Origin: Omnitrophica bacterium GWA2_41_15
Lineage (GTDB): Bacteria > Omnitrophota > Gorgyraeia > Gygaellales > UBA12090
NCBI GenBank assembly: GCA_919902675.1
Contig: CAKKRH010000005.1
Coordinates: 1 to 42,480, forward strand
DNA length: 42,480 nt
Reading direction: 5' to 3'
Part shown: piece after piece, positions 1 through 8,705 of the stretch
Layout of the letters: each line of letters begins with the position of its first letter
Position numbering within the stretch: position 1 is the stretch's first letter
Made by a program: the position numbers and the translations under genes
Notes under the pieces: model-generated
The model's input: only the letters and a program-made list of their open reading frames with translations
What the model was told of the DNA's origin: nothing
Database searches by the model: none

Positions 1-15
1 TTGCTCAATTGCTCT

Positions 16-51
16 GTGCGCTGTTATTAAAAATTTTATGTAACAGCGCAC
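16..51 (-). terminator. Hairpin downstream of tsf (possible terminator)
   Basis: 11-bp perfect inverted repeat GTGCGCTGTTA/TAACAGCGCAC with a 14-nt loop, abutting the tsf stop codon. No clear U-tract. Confidence 0.3.
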
Positions 52-575
52 TACTGCCCCAGCTGAAAACGGGCGAAGCGGCGAATCAGGATATTTTCCC
101 CAATTTTACCTACCAGTGAATTCAGGTATTCCTTAATCGTAAGTGAAGGATTCTTCACGAAGGCCTGCTCTAAGAGACAGGACTGTTTATAGAAGCTCTC
201 GACGTCAAGCTGTTCCTTCGCTGTCTCTGCCGGAACTTCTTCCCGCTTTACATACTTAGGCCCCATCGCGGCAATGTGCAAAGCCACATCAGAGCTAAAT
301 TTTATAAACTCTTCGTTACGGGCGGCAAAATCTGTTTCGGAGTTAATCTCCACTAAAACTCCGACCTTGTTGTCAAAATGCACATAAGAAACCACTCTGC
401 CCGCGCCCGCGGCGCGATCCGCCTTTTTCGCGGCAATCTCCAGGCTCCTTTTCTTTAAAATCTCCAGCGCCCTGGGCAGGTCACCCTTGGAATCTTCCAA
501 AGCTTTCCTACAATCAGACACTCCCAAAGAAGTAGTCTCGCGTAGTTTCTTAATCTGTTCTAAGGAAGCGTTCAT
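51..575 (-). CDS. tsf: Translation elongation factor Ts (short form)
   Basis: 174-aa ORF with an N-terminal EF-Ts UBA-like signature (TSLGVSDCRKALEDSKGDL). 4-nt overlap with upstream rpsB; conserved rpsB-tsf order. Confidence 0.9.
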   Translation of the reverse strand: MNASLEQIKKLRETTSLGVSDCRKALEDSKGDLPRALEILKKRSLEIAAKKADRAAGAGRVVSYVHFDNKVGVLVEINSETDFAARNEEFIKFSSDVALHIAAMGPKYVKREEVPAETAKEQLDVESFYKQSCLLEQAFVKNPSLTIKEYLNSLVGKIGENILIRRFARFQLGQ

Positions 576-1486
576 TTCTTGATTCTCCTTTTATTCTTGG
601 CGTCAAACGTTGAATCTGCCGGCTTGGTTTTTAAGGGATGCTTTATACTAGCATCATTATTATCCACGCCCGCGACCTTCTCGGCCAGCTCAACTATTTC
701 TTCTTTTACCTTAATATCTTCACTTTCAACCTTAGCGCCTTCGGAAGGGCCCTGAATCTCGGATATATCGGGCTTAACGCTGGCCTGGGTTAAATAATCC
801 AGGAATCCCTTTCTTCCCTCAGCTATAGACTCCGCCACCAGGCTGATTATCAGCTTGATTGATTTGATAGCATCGTCATTTCCGGGAATCGGGTAATCAA
901 TTAACTCCGGATTACAATTAGTATCAATAAGCCCGGCCACCGGTATGCCTAACTTCCTGGCCTCGGCCACGGCAAGCTCCTCTTTTTTAGAATCCACCAC
1001 AAACAAGGCCGCCGGCAGGCGCTCCATATCCTTGATGCCGCCAAGGCTGTTCTCCAGCTTTCCCCTTTCCCGCATCATCAAACCGACTTCCTTTTTGGTA
1101 AAATTAGCCAGCCTGCCGTCTTCTTTCATTTTATCAATATCTTTAAGCCGGGCCACTGACTTCTTGATGGTGGAAAAATTAGTCAAAAGGCCTCCCAGCC
1201 AGCGGGAGGATACATGAGGCATTCCGCAGGCCTTAGCCTGTTCAGCGACCATAGCCTGGGCCTGTTTTTTAGTGCCCACAAAAAGGATGGTTTCGCCTTT
1301 AATAGCCAGCCCTTTAAGGAATTCCCGCGCTGTCTTTAGAGACTCCAGGGTTTTCTCCAGGTTAATGATATAAATCGAGTTTCTTGCTCCAAAAATGTAC
1401 GGCGCCATTTTGGGATTCCAACGTTTAGTCTGATGCCCAAAATGCACCCCCGCTTCAAGTAACTGCCTAATCAATTCATCTGCCAA
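572..1486 (-). CDS. rpsB: 30S ribosomal protein S2
   Basis: 304-aa ORF with S2 signatures (VHFGHQTKRWNPKM, LFVGTKKQA, RWLGGLLTN) and a charged C-terminal extension. Confidence 0.95.
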   Translation of the reverse strand: MADELIRQLLEAGVHFGHQTKRWNPKMAPYIFGARNSIYIINLEKTLESLKTAREFLKGLAIKGETILFVGTKKQAQAMVAEQAKACGMPHVSSRWLGGLLTNFSTIKKSVARLKDIDKMKEDGRLANFTKKEVGLMMRERGKLENSLGGIKDMERLPAALFVVDSKKEELAVAEARKLGIPVAGLIDTNCNPELIDYPIPGNDDAIKSIKLIISLVAESIAEGRKGFLDYLTQASVKPDISEIQGPSEGAKVESEDIKVKEEIVELAEKVAGVDNNDASIKHPLKTKPADSTFDAKNKRRIKK

Positions 1487-1745
1487 TGGTATTCCCTCCT
1501 ATTATTAATTATCAAATGTTAAAAACAAATATCACCCGCCGCTTCCGAGGCAGGAAAATGACAAATCTTTGATTTTTTCCTAAACTACGGCCGCGCCTTT
1601 ACATCTTTCCTTAATTAGAATAGAAAGTATGCCCTTCTGGGTCAGTGACAAAAAATGTAATTTATAATTATAACACAAAAATCCAATCTGGCAACCGAAA
1701 ATTTTGATTTTGTGGTTTTAATGGATTTTTATTGGTTTTGGCCGA

Positions 1746-3677
1746 TTACGGGCTTTGAATCACCCGGGATTCCAATTCTTTTATCTTGGCCTGGATGTCG
1801 AAAATCAACTTCTCTATCTCCTTCAGGCGGCGGCCGTATTCCCTGGCCGTATCCTCATCCCGGAAGATATGCGGGTTAGATAAGGCCCGAACCTTGGCAT
1901 AATTCTCTAATTCCAGCTTTTCTTTATCTTTTTGCAGACTGCTTATGCTTTCGCGGAGGGCGGAATTATGGGCCTTGCGGGTTCTTTCTTCTTCTTTGCG
2001 CTGTTTTTCCTTTTCTATGTTCGCCTGCCTTTGCTCTTGGGGCCGGGAATATCCGGCGGCCTTGCGAGAAGTATTGTTTTCAAGAGAAGTTTCGCCTTTA
2101 TCTTTTTTCTCCAGGTAATAATCAAAATTACCGGGGAATTTTCTCACCCGGGAATCTTTTACCTCATACACCACATTAGCCACGGAACGCACAAAATAAA
2201 TATCATGGCTGATAAAAACCAGCGTTCCCTCGTAATCCTTTAAAGCCTTTACCAGGGCCTCCACCGCGTCCACATCCAAATGGGTAGTCGGTTCATCCAA
2301 GAGCAGGAGATTGGGAGGGTTGATTAAAAGTTTGGCTAAAATCAGCCGGCTCTTTTCTCCTCCGGATAAAACGCTCACCTTTTTATCCGCGTCATCTCCG
2401 CTAAACAAAAATGCTCCTAAAATAGTGCGGATACTCTCCTCAGGCATAAAGCCGGCCGCGGCGGAATAGGCCTCCTTCAATACGGTATTTTCCGGATGCA
2501 AGACATCCATCCTGGTCTGAGAAAAATAACCAACATCCACATTGTGGCCCGGCTTACGCAGGCCGCGGTCTACATCCACCACCCCGGCCATAATCTTTAG
2601 AAGGGTGGACTTGCCTGCCCCGTTTTCCCCAGCCAAGACCGCTTTTTCATCCTGGGTAATCTCAAAATCCAGGTCCTTATACACCTGGACATCACCGTAA
2701 GATTTGGAAATCTTTTCTAAGTTCATTACCCGCCAGCCGCTTCTTTTAGTTGAGGGAAAATGAAAGTTGTGAATACTCTCCCGGCGATCTTTAAGCACGA
2801 CAATTTCCGGCATACTCTCTAAGACCCGCCTCTTGGCCCTGACCGAGGCCGCTTTATTCGGCTGGGCGTGAAAACGCCCGACAAATTTCTCCAACTGCTC
2901 TCTTTTTTTCTCCTGCTCTTTAAACTGCTTGATCTGGTATGTCCGTTTTTCCTCCTGGATCAGCTCATAATGCTCATAATTACCCTTGACCTTGGCAATG
3001 GAGCCATTCTCCAGGATTAAGGTATAATTAGTGACCTCGGTCAAAAAGGCCTTATCGTGAGAGATCATAATAAAGGTGCCCTCAAAATCAGCCAGATAAC
3101 TTTTCAACCAAAGCGCGGCATTTAAATCCAGGTAATTAGTCGGCTCATCCAAAAGCAAAAGGTCATATTTATAGGTAAGCAGTTTAGCCAGGAGGGCGCG
3201 CATCTGCCAGCCTCCGCTCATCTGGGATATCAGCCGGTTAAAATCCCTCTCTTTAAAGCCTAAACCCATTAGAATTTTCTTGGCCTTATGCTCCAGCTCA
3301 AAATATCCCAGGACCTCCAGATTGTGCAAAATCTCACCGTAGCGCTTTGAGCCGGCTTCATTTTTTTCCTCCAGAAGCTCTTTCTCTTTTTTTAAGGCCA
3401 GTATCCTTTCCTCTCCTTCGGTAAGCTCGGATAAGACCGTGTTTTCGGACCTGAAGCTGGACTCCTGCCGGAGATGGCCGATGTGGAAATTTTTGCTTAT
3501 CTGCACTGCTCCGCTATCGGGCTCCAAATCACCCAGAATCAGAGAAAAAAGCGTAGACTTCCCCGCGCCGTTGGGCCCGATCAGGCCGACCTTTTCCCCG
3601 CGGTTTATGCTTAAAGATACCTTTTCAAAAAGGACCTTACTGCCGTAGTTTTTAGATAGATTGCTTAGGTTAATCAT
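1746..3677 (-). CDS. ABC-F family ATPase (Uup/YheS-like, no membrane domain)
   Basis: Two Walker A motifs (GPNGAGKST, GENGAGKST) and two ABC signatures (LSGGWQMR, LSGGEKSR). No TM segments; K/E-rich C-terminal coiled coil. Confidence 0.9.
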   Translation of the reverse strand: MINLSNLSKNYGSKVLFEKVSLSINRGEKVGLIGPNGAGKSTLFSLILGDLEPDSGAVQISKNFHIGHLRQESSFRSENTVLSELTEGEERILALKKEKELLEEKNEAGSKRYGEILHNLEVLGYFELEHKAKKILMGLGFKERDFNRLISQMSGGWQMRALLAKLLTYKYDLLLLDEPTNYLDLNAALWLKSYLADFEGTFIMISHDKAFLTEVTNYTLILENGSIAKVKGNYEHYELIQEEKRTYQIKQFKEQEKKREQLEKFVGRFHAQPNKAASVRAKRRVLESMPEIVVLKDRRESIHNFHFPSTKRSGWRVMNLEKISKSYGDVQVYKDLDFEITQDEKAVLAGENGAGKSTLLKIMAGVVDVDRGLRKPGHNVDVGYFSQTRMDVLHPENTVLKEAYSAAAGFMPEESIRTILGAFLFSGDDADKKVSVLSGGEKSRLILAKLLINPPNLLLLDEPTTHLDVDAVEALVKALKDYEGTLVFISHDIYFVRSVANVVYEVKDSRVRKFPGNFDYYLEKKDKGETSLENNTSRKAAGYSRPQEQRQANIEKEKQRKEEERTRKAHNSALRESISSLQKDKEKLELENYAKVRALSNPHIFRDEDTAREYGRRLKEIEKLIFDIQAKIKELESRVIQSP

Positions 3678-3757
3678 CGCGAAAGGAAATTGAGATTATT
3701 AAAAAACCTGTTTTTCCATAATTTCAATTTATATTCTTAACTGCCGTCTTTTACTAT

Positions 3758-3867
3758 CATCTGTGAACCATCAACCGTAAACTGGCTTAACCACAACGCA
3801 GTCAAACCCGCGATTCACGGCTGACGGCTAGCGTAAAGGCATTTTTGTACTGTCAACTGTCAACTAA
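3758..3867. repeat. Intergenic copy of a heptamer-flanked dispersed repeat element
   Basis: About 110 bp alignable at roughly 80 percent identity by eye with 5058-5170 inside dnaX. Shared core CGCAGTCAA.CC.GCGATT...CTGACGGCT..GTAAAGG, followed by CTGTCAA heptamers. The last heptamer overlaps the recR stop codon. Confidence 0.65.
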
Positions 3868-4463
3868 ATAATCCGGCGGGCTTCCAGGGCTTTGGAGAGG
3901 GTGGCGGAATCAGCGTATTCTAAGTTTGAACCTACCGGGAGGCCTAAGCCGATACGGCTTAAACAGACCTCCAGCGGTTTAATCAGCTTGGTAAGATATA
4001 AGGCGGTGGTTTCGCCTTCGGTATCGGAATCAGTGGCGATAATTACTTCCTGGATATTTTCCTGTTTTATCCGCTGAATCAGGCTGTCAATCTTCAGTTG
4101 AGCCGGCCCTCTTCCCTCCAGAGGGTCAATGGCGCCCAAAAGCACATGATAAAGGCCGTTAAAGGTGCCGGCCTTTTCAATTGAGGTTACGTCATTAGGC
4201 CTCTCCACCACGCAAAGAATACCCCGGTTACGTTGGGAATTGGAACAGATAGAACATTCATCATCCTCGCTTAAATTATGACAACGGTTACAAAGGCGCA
4301 CCTTGTCTTTTAATTCAATCAGCCTTTGGGAAAGCAGGACAATATCGTCTTTGGGAGAATTATTCAAAAGATGAAAAACAATTCTTTCCGCGCTCCTTCT
4401 TCCGATACCCGGAAGCTTGATCAATTCCTGAATCAGTCTTTCTATAGTAAGGGGATAATTCAT
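3864..4463 (-). CDS. recR: Recombination protein RecR
   Basis: 199 aa with an N-terminal HhH (LPGIGRRSAERI), a C4 zinc finger (CNRCHN...CSIC) and a Toprim region (VVERPNDV...ATDSDTEGE). Confidence 0.95.
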   Translation of the reverse strand: MNYPLTIERLIQELIKLPGIGRRSAERIVFHLLNNSPKDDIVLLSQRLIELKDKVRLCNRCHNLSEDDECSICSNSQRNRGILCVVERPNDVTSIEKAGTFNGLYHVLLGAIDPLEGRGPAQLKIDSLIQRIKQENIQEVIIATDSDTEGETTALYLTKLIKPLEVCLSRIGLGLPVGSNLEYADSATLSKALEARRII

Positions 4464-4465
4464 TT

Positions 4466-4545
4466 TTAATCCTTCGACACTTCGACTTCGCTCAGTGTAG
4501 TTCGAATTGTAGTGAGCTTGTCGAACTACTTTTGCTCAGGATTAA
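4466..4545. repeat. 80-bp palindromic intergenic element between dnaX and recR
   Basis: Terminal inverted repeat TTAATCCT/AGGATTAA (4466-4473 and 4538-4545). Inner 9-bp inverted repeat GTAGTTCGA/TCGAACTAC (4497-4505 and 4521-4529). Its end supplies the GAAGGA Shine-Dalgarno of recR. Confidence 0.4.
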
Positions 4546-4565
4546 TGGTGAGCGCAGTCGAACCA

Positions 4566-6284
4566 TTAACTCTTTCTGACTATCCTGCCGTTAAAGGTAT
4601 TCAAGGTGGATTTTAATAAATGGTCGTCATGCTCATTCTCGCCGGTTGAGTCCGAAACAGGCTTTTTCTCTTCTTTGGTAACGGCAAAATTTATCTTGAT
4701 GTCCTGTTTAAGCAATTCTTTCCATATTTTTTCCAGAAGAATATGATTTTCTTTGCCTTCCAATGACTCTTTATGAAAGCCCGCCCTTGGAGGAAAGCCG
4801 ATAGTCAAGACACTGCCTGAGGTCTTACACGGGCTTCCTTCTTCCAGATAATGCGCGGCCGAAACCTTAACTTTAGTTAAACGCTCCACAAACTGCGGCC
4901 ATAATCCTTTCACCTTTTCCAAATCTAACTCATGGAGTTCACAGTTAACAGTTGACGGTTCACGAAAAGATACTTTTTTGCTGTTATCTGTCACCTGTGA
5001 ACTGCTATCTGTCGTCCGTGGGCTGTTAACTGTCGTCCGTGGACTGTGAACTGTCAACTGTGAACTGTCAACTAACTTAGCCTCGGCGCAGTCAAGCCTG
5101 CGATTTACTACTGACGGCTCATGTAAAGGAGTTTTCTTACTGTCAACTGTCAACTGTGAACTGTCAACTAATCTGGCCGGCGCTTTACAATCCTTTACCT
5201 GGGAAGATAATTTTACCAGGGCTATTTCTAAGGGTATGCGCAGGCTGTCCATATATCTGGCGGTTTCCTGGGCACCGAGCAAGGCATTAAAGCCCAGGAA
5301 AATATTCTCTAAAGAAATCTCCCTGGCCTGGCCGGCGATCAGCTGACAGAGTTCCCGCGGTAGGTCCAGAAGCTTCTCCTGGTTAGAAACAGCGGCCTTA
5401 ACTATCATCAAATTACGGTAATGCTCAATCAGATTAACTAAGAGCTGATTCAAGTCCTTGCCTTGCTCTATCAGCTCATCTAAAAATTCCAAAAGCCCTG
5501 CAGTGTCATTTTTGATTATTTTATTCACCAATTCCAGAAGATACTCCTGTTCCAGCACCCCCAAGATAGAATGCGCGTCCTTCAGTCCGATGTCTCCTTG
5601 AGCAAAAGAAACCAGCTCATCCAGCATAGACTCGGCATCGCGCAAAGAGCCGTCAGAGGCCTTGGCCAGCGCCAAAAACACCGCCGGCTCCACCTTGAGA
5701 TTTTCCGAGGTGGCTATTTGCTTTAACTGCTCAATTATCTTCAAATTAGTAATCCGCTTAAACTCTAAAAACTGACAACGCGAAATTATGGTAGAAAGTA
5801 TCTTTTTAGGCTGGGTAGTGGCAAAGATGAATTTTACGTGGGCCGGAGGCTCCTCCAGAGTTTTCAGCAGGGCGTTAAAGCCTTCAGAGGTAATCTGATG
5901 CACCTCATCTATAATATATATCTTGAACTTCCCCTGAACAGGCGAGAACTTAACATTTTCCCTTAAGGCCCGGATATCGTCAATGCCGCGGTTAGAGGCG
6001 CCGTCAATCTCAATCACATCTAAGCTTCTGGCCTCGGTAATTTCAACGCAGGAAACGCATTTATTGCAAGGGATTACTGCCGGGCCTTTTTGACAATTTA
6101 AGGATTTGGCCAGGATTCTGGCGGTTGAGGTCTTCCCCACGCCGCGCGGCCCGGCAAAAATATAGGCATGGGCCAGGCGGCCAGCGGTAATAGCGTTTTT
6201 TAAAGTGGTGGTAACCTGATCTTGCCCAACAACATCATCAAAACTTTGCGGACGCCACTTGCGGGCAAAGACTACGTAAGACAT
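4566..6284 (-). CDS. dnaX: DNA polymerase III subunit gamma/tau
   Basis: 572 aa with a clamp-loader AAA+ module (GPRGVGKTSTARI, zinc module CQKGP..CNKCVSC, DEVH, SRCQ). Repeat-rich linker at about aa 372-450, then a C-terminal tau-type region. Confidence 0.95.
   Translation of the reverse strand: MSYVVFARKWRPQSFDDVVGQDQVTTTLKNAITAGRLAHAYIFAGPRGVGKTSTARILAKSLNCQKGPAVIPCNKCVSCVEITEARSLDVIEIDGASNRGIDDIRALRENVKFSPVQGKFKIYIIDEVHQITSEGFNALLKTLEEPPAHVKFIFATTQPKKILSTIISRCQFLEFKRITNLKIIEQLKQIATSENLKVEPAVFLALAKASDGSLRDAESMLDELVSFAQGDIGLKDAHSILGVLEQEYLLELVNKIIKNDTAGLLEFLDELIEQGKDLNQLLVNLIEHYRNLMIVKAAVSNQEKLLDLPRELCQLIAGQAREISLENIFLGFNALLGAQETARYMDSLRIPLEIALVKLSSQVKDCKAPARLVDSSQLTVDSKKTPLHEPSVVNRRLDCAEAKLVDSSQLTVHSPRTTVNSPRTTDSSSQVTDNSKKVSFREPSTVNCELHELDLEKVKGLWPQFVERLTKVKVSAAHYLEEGSPCKTSGSVLTIGFPPRAGFHKESLEGKENHILLEKIWKELLKQDIKINFAVTKEEKKPVSDSTGENEHDDHLLKSTLNTFNGRIVRKS
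4934..5170. repeat. Two tandem copies of the heptamer-flanked repeat element, in frame inside dnaX
   Basis: CTGT(C/G)AA heptamer runs at 5044-5071 and 5140-5167, plus a 21-nt tandem repeat CTGTCGTCCGTGG.CTGT.AA at about 5009-5050. Two related cores lie at about 4950-5000 and 5075-5139. Encodes LVDSSQLTVDSKKTPLHEPS... and LVDSSQLTVHSPRTTVNSPRTT...SKKVSFREPS. Confidence 0.75.
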
Positions 6285-6317
6285 GGCTTAAAGAGGTTAG
6301 AAGTTAAAAGTTAAAGG

Positions 6318-6974
6318 TTAGAAGTTATATAATACGCCGGCTTCAAAGGTATCGCAATCATCGGCATGAATCCTGTCGCGGTGGCGCCAGTCTAAATTAA
6401 GCCGGGCTTCTTTAGCCAGCGGAATAAGCACGCCGGCAATTGCTTCTACGCGTGTTCCCCGGCCCAGGCGAAAATCATAGGTATATTCTCCAGAGATATA
6501 CCCTTTAAGGATATCTTTTCCCGGAACCAACTGATGGCTTAAACTCACTATGCTCAGGGCCTCAAGCATATCGGTATCCTTAATCACTCCCCGGTTATAC
6601 ACCGGCTCCGAACGCCACAGCTGACGCAGCTGTTCTCCTAAATAAAAGAAATCCCTCCAATTAAAACCTAATTCCACTCCGGCAGAAACCCTTTCTTTTT
6701 TACGGCGTTCTACATTATGCCGCGCTTCCACAAAAGGTATTACCTTTAAGCTGACTTCTTTGCCGGGTGAGGAATTAATCTTCTTCACCAAAAACGCCTC
6801 CAGGCGGTTGGCGTAAAAATTTTCATCCGCATGGCGGATATCATGGTTAAAAGTAAGGCTGTAGCGCAAGGGGAGCTTGGACCCCCCGGCAAAACCAAAA
6901 GAATAAGAGAAAAGCGCTATCCCTAAAACCAGCGCCGCCGTCTTTCTTATTCTTCCCGCTCGTATCAACCTCAC
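6318..6974 (-). CDS. Putative outer-membrane beta-barrel protein
   Basis: 218 aa with an N-terminal signal-like hydrophobic segment, alternating amphipathic strands and a C-terminal aromatic residue (..GVLYNF). GTG start in the track; exact start uncertain. Confidence 0.45.
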   Translation of the reverse strand: MRLIRAGRIRKTAALVLGIALFSYSFGFAGGSKLPLRYSLTFNHDIRHADENFYANRLEAFLVKKINSSPGKEVSLKVIPFVEARHNVERRKKERVSAGVELGFNWRDFFYLGEQLRQLWRSEPVYNRGVIKDTDMLEALSIVSLSHQLVPGKDILKGYISGEYTYDFRLGRGTRVEAIAGVLIPLAKEARLNLDWRHRDRIHADDCDTFEAGVLYNF

Positions 6975-7116
6975 CTCAGACTAAACCGCTTAAGAAAATT
7001 ATATTATAACAAAAATCATCTTAAAAATGTAAAAGTTATTTCTCTTATCTGAATTCCGGCTCAAGGGCAATTGAACCCCGCCTTTAGACAGATTAAACCA
7101 CGGGCTTTCTTTTATT

Positions 7117-7689
7117 TTATTTAGGGAAATCAAACTTAATTTCTACGTCTTTTTTCTCTGCTTCGGCGGCCTTAAAAAGCTCTTTCGGCTTCATCTGCAG
7201 CATCTGAGCCACCAGGGTATCCGGTATCTGGGCAATCCTGATATTATAATTATTCACCGATTCGTTATACAACTCCCTGCGGTCGGCAATCTGGCTTTCC
7301 AGATAACTTATGCGCTGCTGGAGCTGGGTGAAATTCTGGTTTGCCTTTAGGTCTGGGTAATTCTCCGAGACAGCGAACAAGGTCTTCAGGGCCCCGCTTA
7401 AGGAATTCTCCGCCTGTGAAGACTCCCCCACGGTCTTTGCCTGAAGACAGGCAGTGCGCGCGGCGGTAATTTTTTCCAGCGTTTCCCGTTCATACTTCAT
7501 ATACCCTTCGCAGACCTTGATAAGCTTCGGTATTTCATCATAGCGCTGCTTTAATAATACATCAATATTCGCCCAGGCCTTCTCAATATTGCGCGAGAGG
7601 ACAATCAGCCCATTATAAACGGCGACAAAATAAAGCGCTATCCCTACCAGCAAAAAGAACAAAACACCCAAAACAATCGCTAATATCAT
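7117..7689 (-). CDS. lemA: LemA family membrane protein
   Basis: 190 aa with an N-terminal TM helix and LemA-type conserved stretches (NGLI.L.....AWANIDVLLKQRYDEIP, YPDLKANQNF..LQ). Confidence 0.85.
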   Translation of the reverse strand: MILAIVLGVLFFLLVGIALYFVAVYNGLIVLSRNIEKAWANIDVLLKQRYDEIPKLIKVCEGYMKYERETLEKITAARTACLQAKTVGESSQAENSLSGALKTLFAVSENYPDLKANQNFTQLQQRISYLESQIADRRELYNESVNNYNIRIAQIPDTLVAQMLQMKPKELFKAAEAEKKDVEIKFDFPK

Positions 7690-7710
7690 ACTTTCCTCCC
7701 TTGTTATCTT

Positions 7711-8634
7711 CTATCCCACTAAACCCAGACGTATTAATAAATACGCCATTGATACCAAGGTCAATACCACGCCCCCAAAAACCCCCCCGATTACCTCCCA
7801 GTTCAATGTCTGGATAAGCTCCTTCTGGCTATGGTCGGAGATAATAAAAGTAGTGGCCTCGCTCCCCTGGCCGATAATCACGTCCGCGTGCTCTTCGCGC
7901 TGAGAAGCTGATTTCGCTTCTTCTTCCAGTAGCTCCTGTTCCAATTTGGCCACCGCCCAAGACCATTCCTGCCCGTCTACAGCCCCGTCTTTATTCTCAT
8001 CAATGGCCTTCATTTTTTCTTGATTGGATTTCAGCTCCATTATCCGCTGGTGCAATTTATCGTTATGATCAACCCAGTCGGTTTCTTTTTTTCGCGCGCT
8101 GCCCAACACATACACTGCCTGCTCGGGAAATATATCCCATTCTTTAAAACGCAGCGAAGAAGCAAAAAACCCGGTTTTGTGCCTTATGTTGATAGTATTC
8201 AGAAACCCTGTAAGATTATCCGGGATACTTTTCCCCATGCCGGTCCTAAATTCGTAGCTTACCTTAAGAATCAACTCCGCTGCCTGTGGCGCCACCAAAA
8301 CCCTCCCGGTGCCGTCATCTATCCAAAAGGGGCAATAAAAACTGTCTCCCTTGGCAATAGTAACCCAGGAGCCTGATTTTCCCCGGCGTTCATAGCGCTC
8401 GACCAAATAGCGGTAGGCCACGCAGTCAAAACCGCTTAACGGGCCGCGCAAGGTTTTTACCTTTCTGGCCTTGCCTGTTAATTCCACCAGCCCCATGGCC
8501 ATGCCGCGGATTGTCGAAGTGGGAATGTTCTCTATAAGCCTTTTTCGCCTTAAGCGGGTAAAGCCCCAGAAAAAAGCCCATATCCCAAATCCGAAACCAA
8601 AAGCCGCCCAACCAATATCCCTATCATCGCTCAT
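7711..8634 (-). CDS. GIDE-domain (E3-ligase-like) membrane protein
   Basis: 307 aa with N- and C-terminal TM helices and the motif IENIPTSTIRGMAMGLVELTGKA typical of bacterial GIDE proteins. Sits immediately upstream of LemA, the usual pairing. Confidence 0.6.
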   Translation of the reverse strand: MSDDRDIGWAAFGFGFGIWAFFWGFTRLRRKRLIENIPTSTIRGMAMGLVELTGKARKVKTLRGPLSGFDCVAYRYLVERYERRGKSGSWVTIAKGDSFYCPFWIDDGTGRVLVAPQAAELILKVSYEFRTGMGKSIPDNLTGFLNTINIRHKTGFFASSLRFKEWDIFPEQAVYVLGSARKKETDWVDHNDKLHQRIMELKSNQEKMKAIDENKDGAVDGQEWSWAVAKLEQELLEEEAKSASQREEHADVIIGQGSEATTFIISDHSQKELIQTLNWEVIGGVFGGVVLTLVSMAYLLIRLGLVG

Positions 8635-8705
8635 CTTTATTTAATTATACCATTTAACTAAAAGAATTCAAAAGGATATTGCCGGACAAAACCGCTCTTT
8701 CGCGT

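Noticed and set aside
945-1217. Antisense shadow ORFs nested in well-supported genes. Examples: 945-1217, 1932-2243, 3439-3648, 3892-4077, 8020-8376, 8426-8611, 8746-9202, 10014-10717, 13702-14040, 15147-15593, 16955-17332, 17714-18356, 18994-19339, 19996-20407, 24319-24786, 27498-27755, 28332-28559, 31314-32061, 33128-33349, 33561-33830, 35514-35717, 37710-37935, 39427-39732 and 40340-40540.
   Set aside because: Each lies entirely inside, and opposite to or out of frame with, a gene that has clear family motifs. They have low-complexity translations and no ribosome-binding sites.
4973-4980. A-run CAAAAAAG inside dnaX as a programmed -1 frameshift site producing gamma.
   Set aside because: In the zero frame it reads AGC AAA AAA GTA, not the canonical A AAA AAG heptamer. 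I cannot show a stimulatory element, so it stays unsupported.
3758-5170. Heptamer arrays and repeated cores as a CRISPR array.
   Set aside because: The units are 7 nt and directly tandem with no unique spacers, there are no cas genes, and one array is coding. No CRISPR array is present anywhere in the window.
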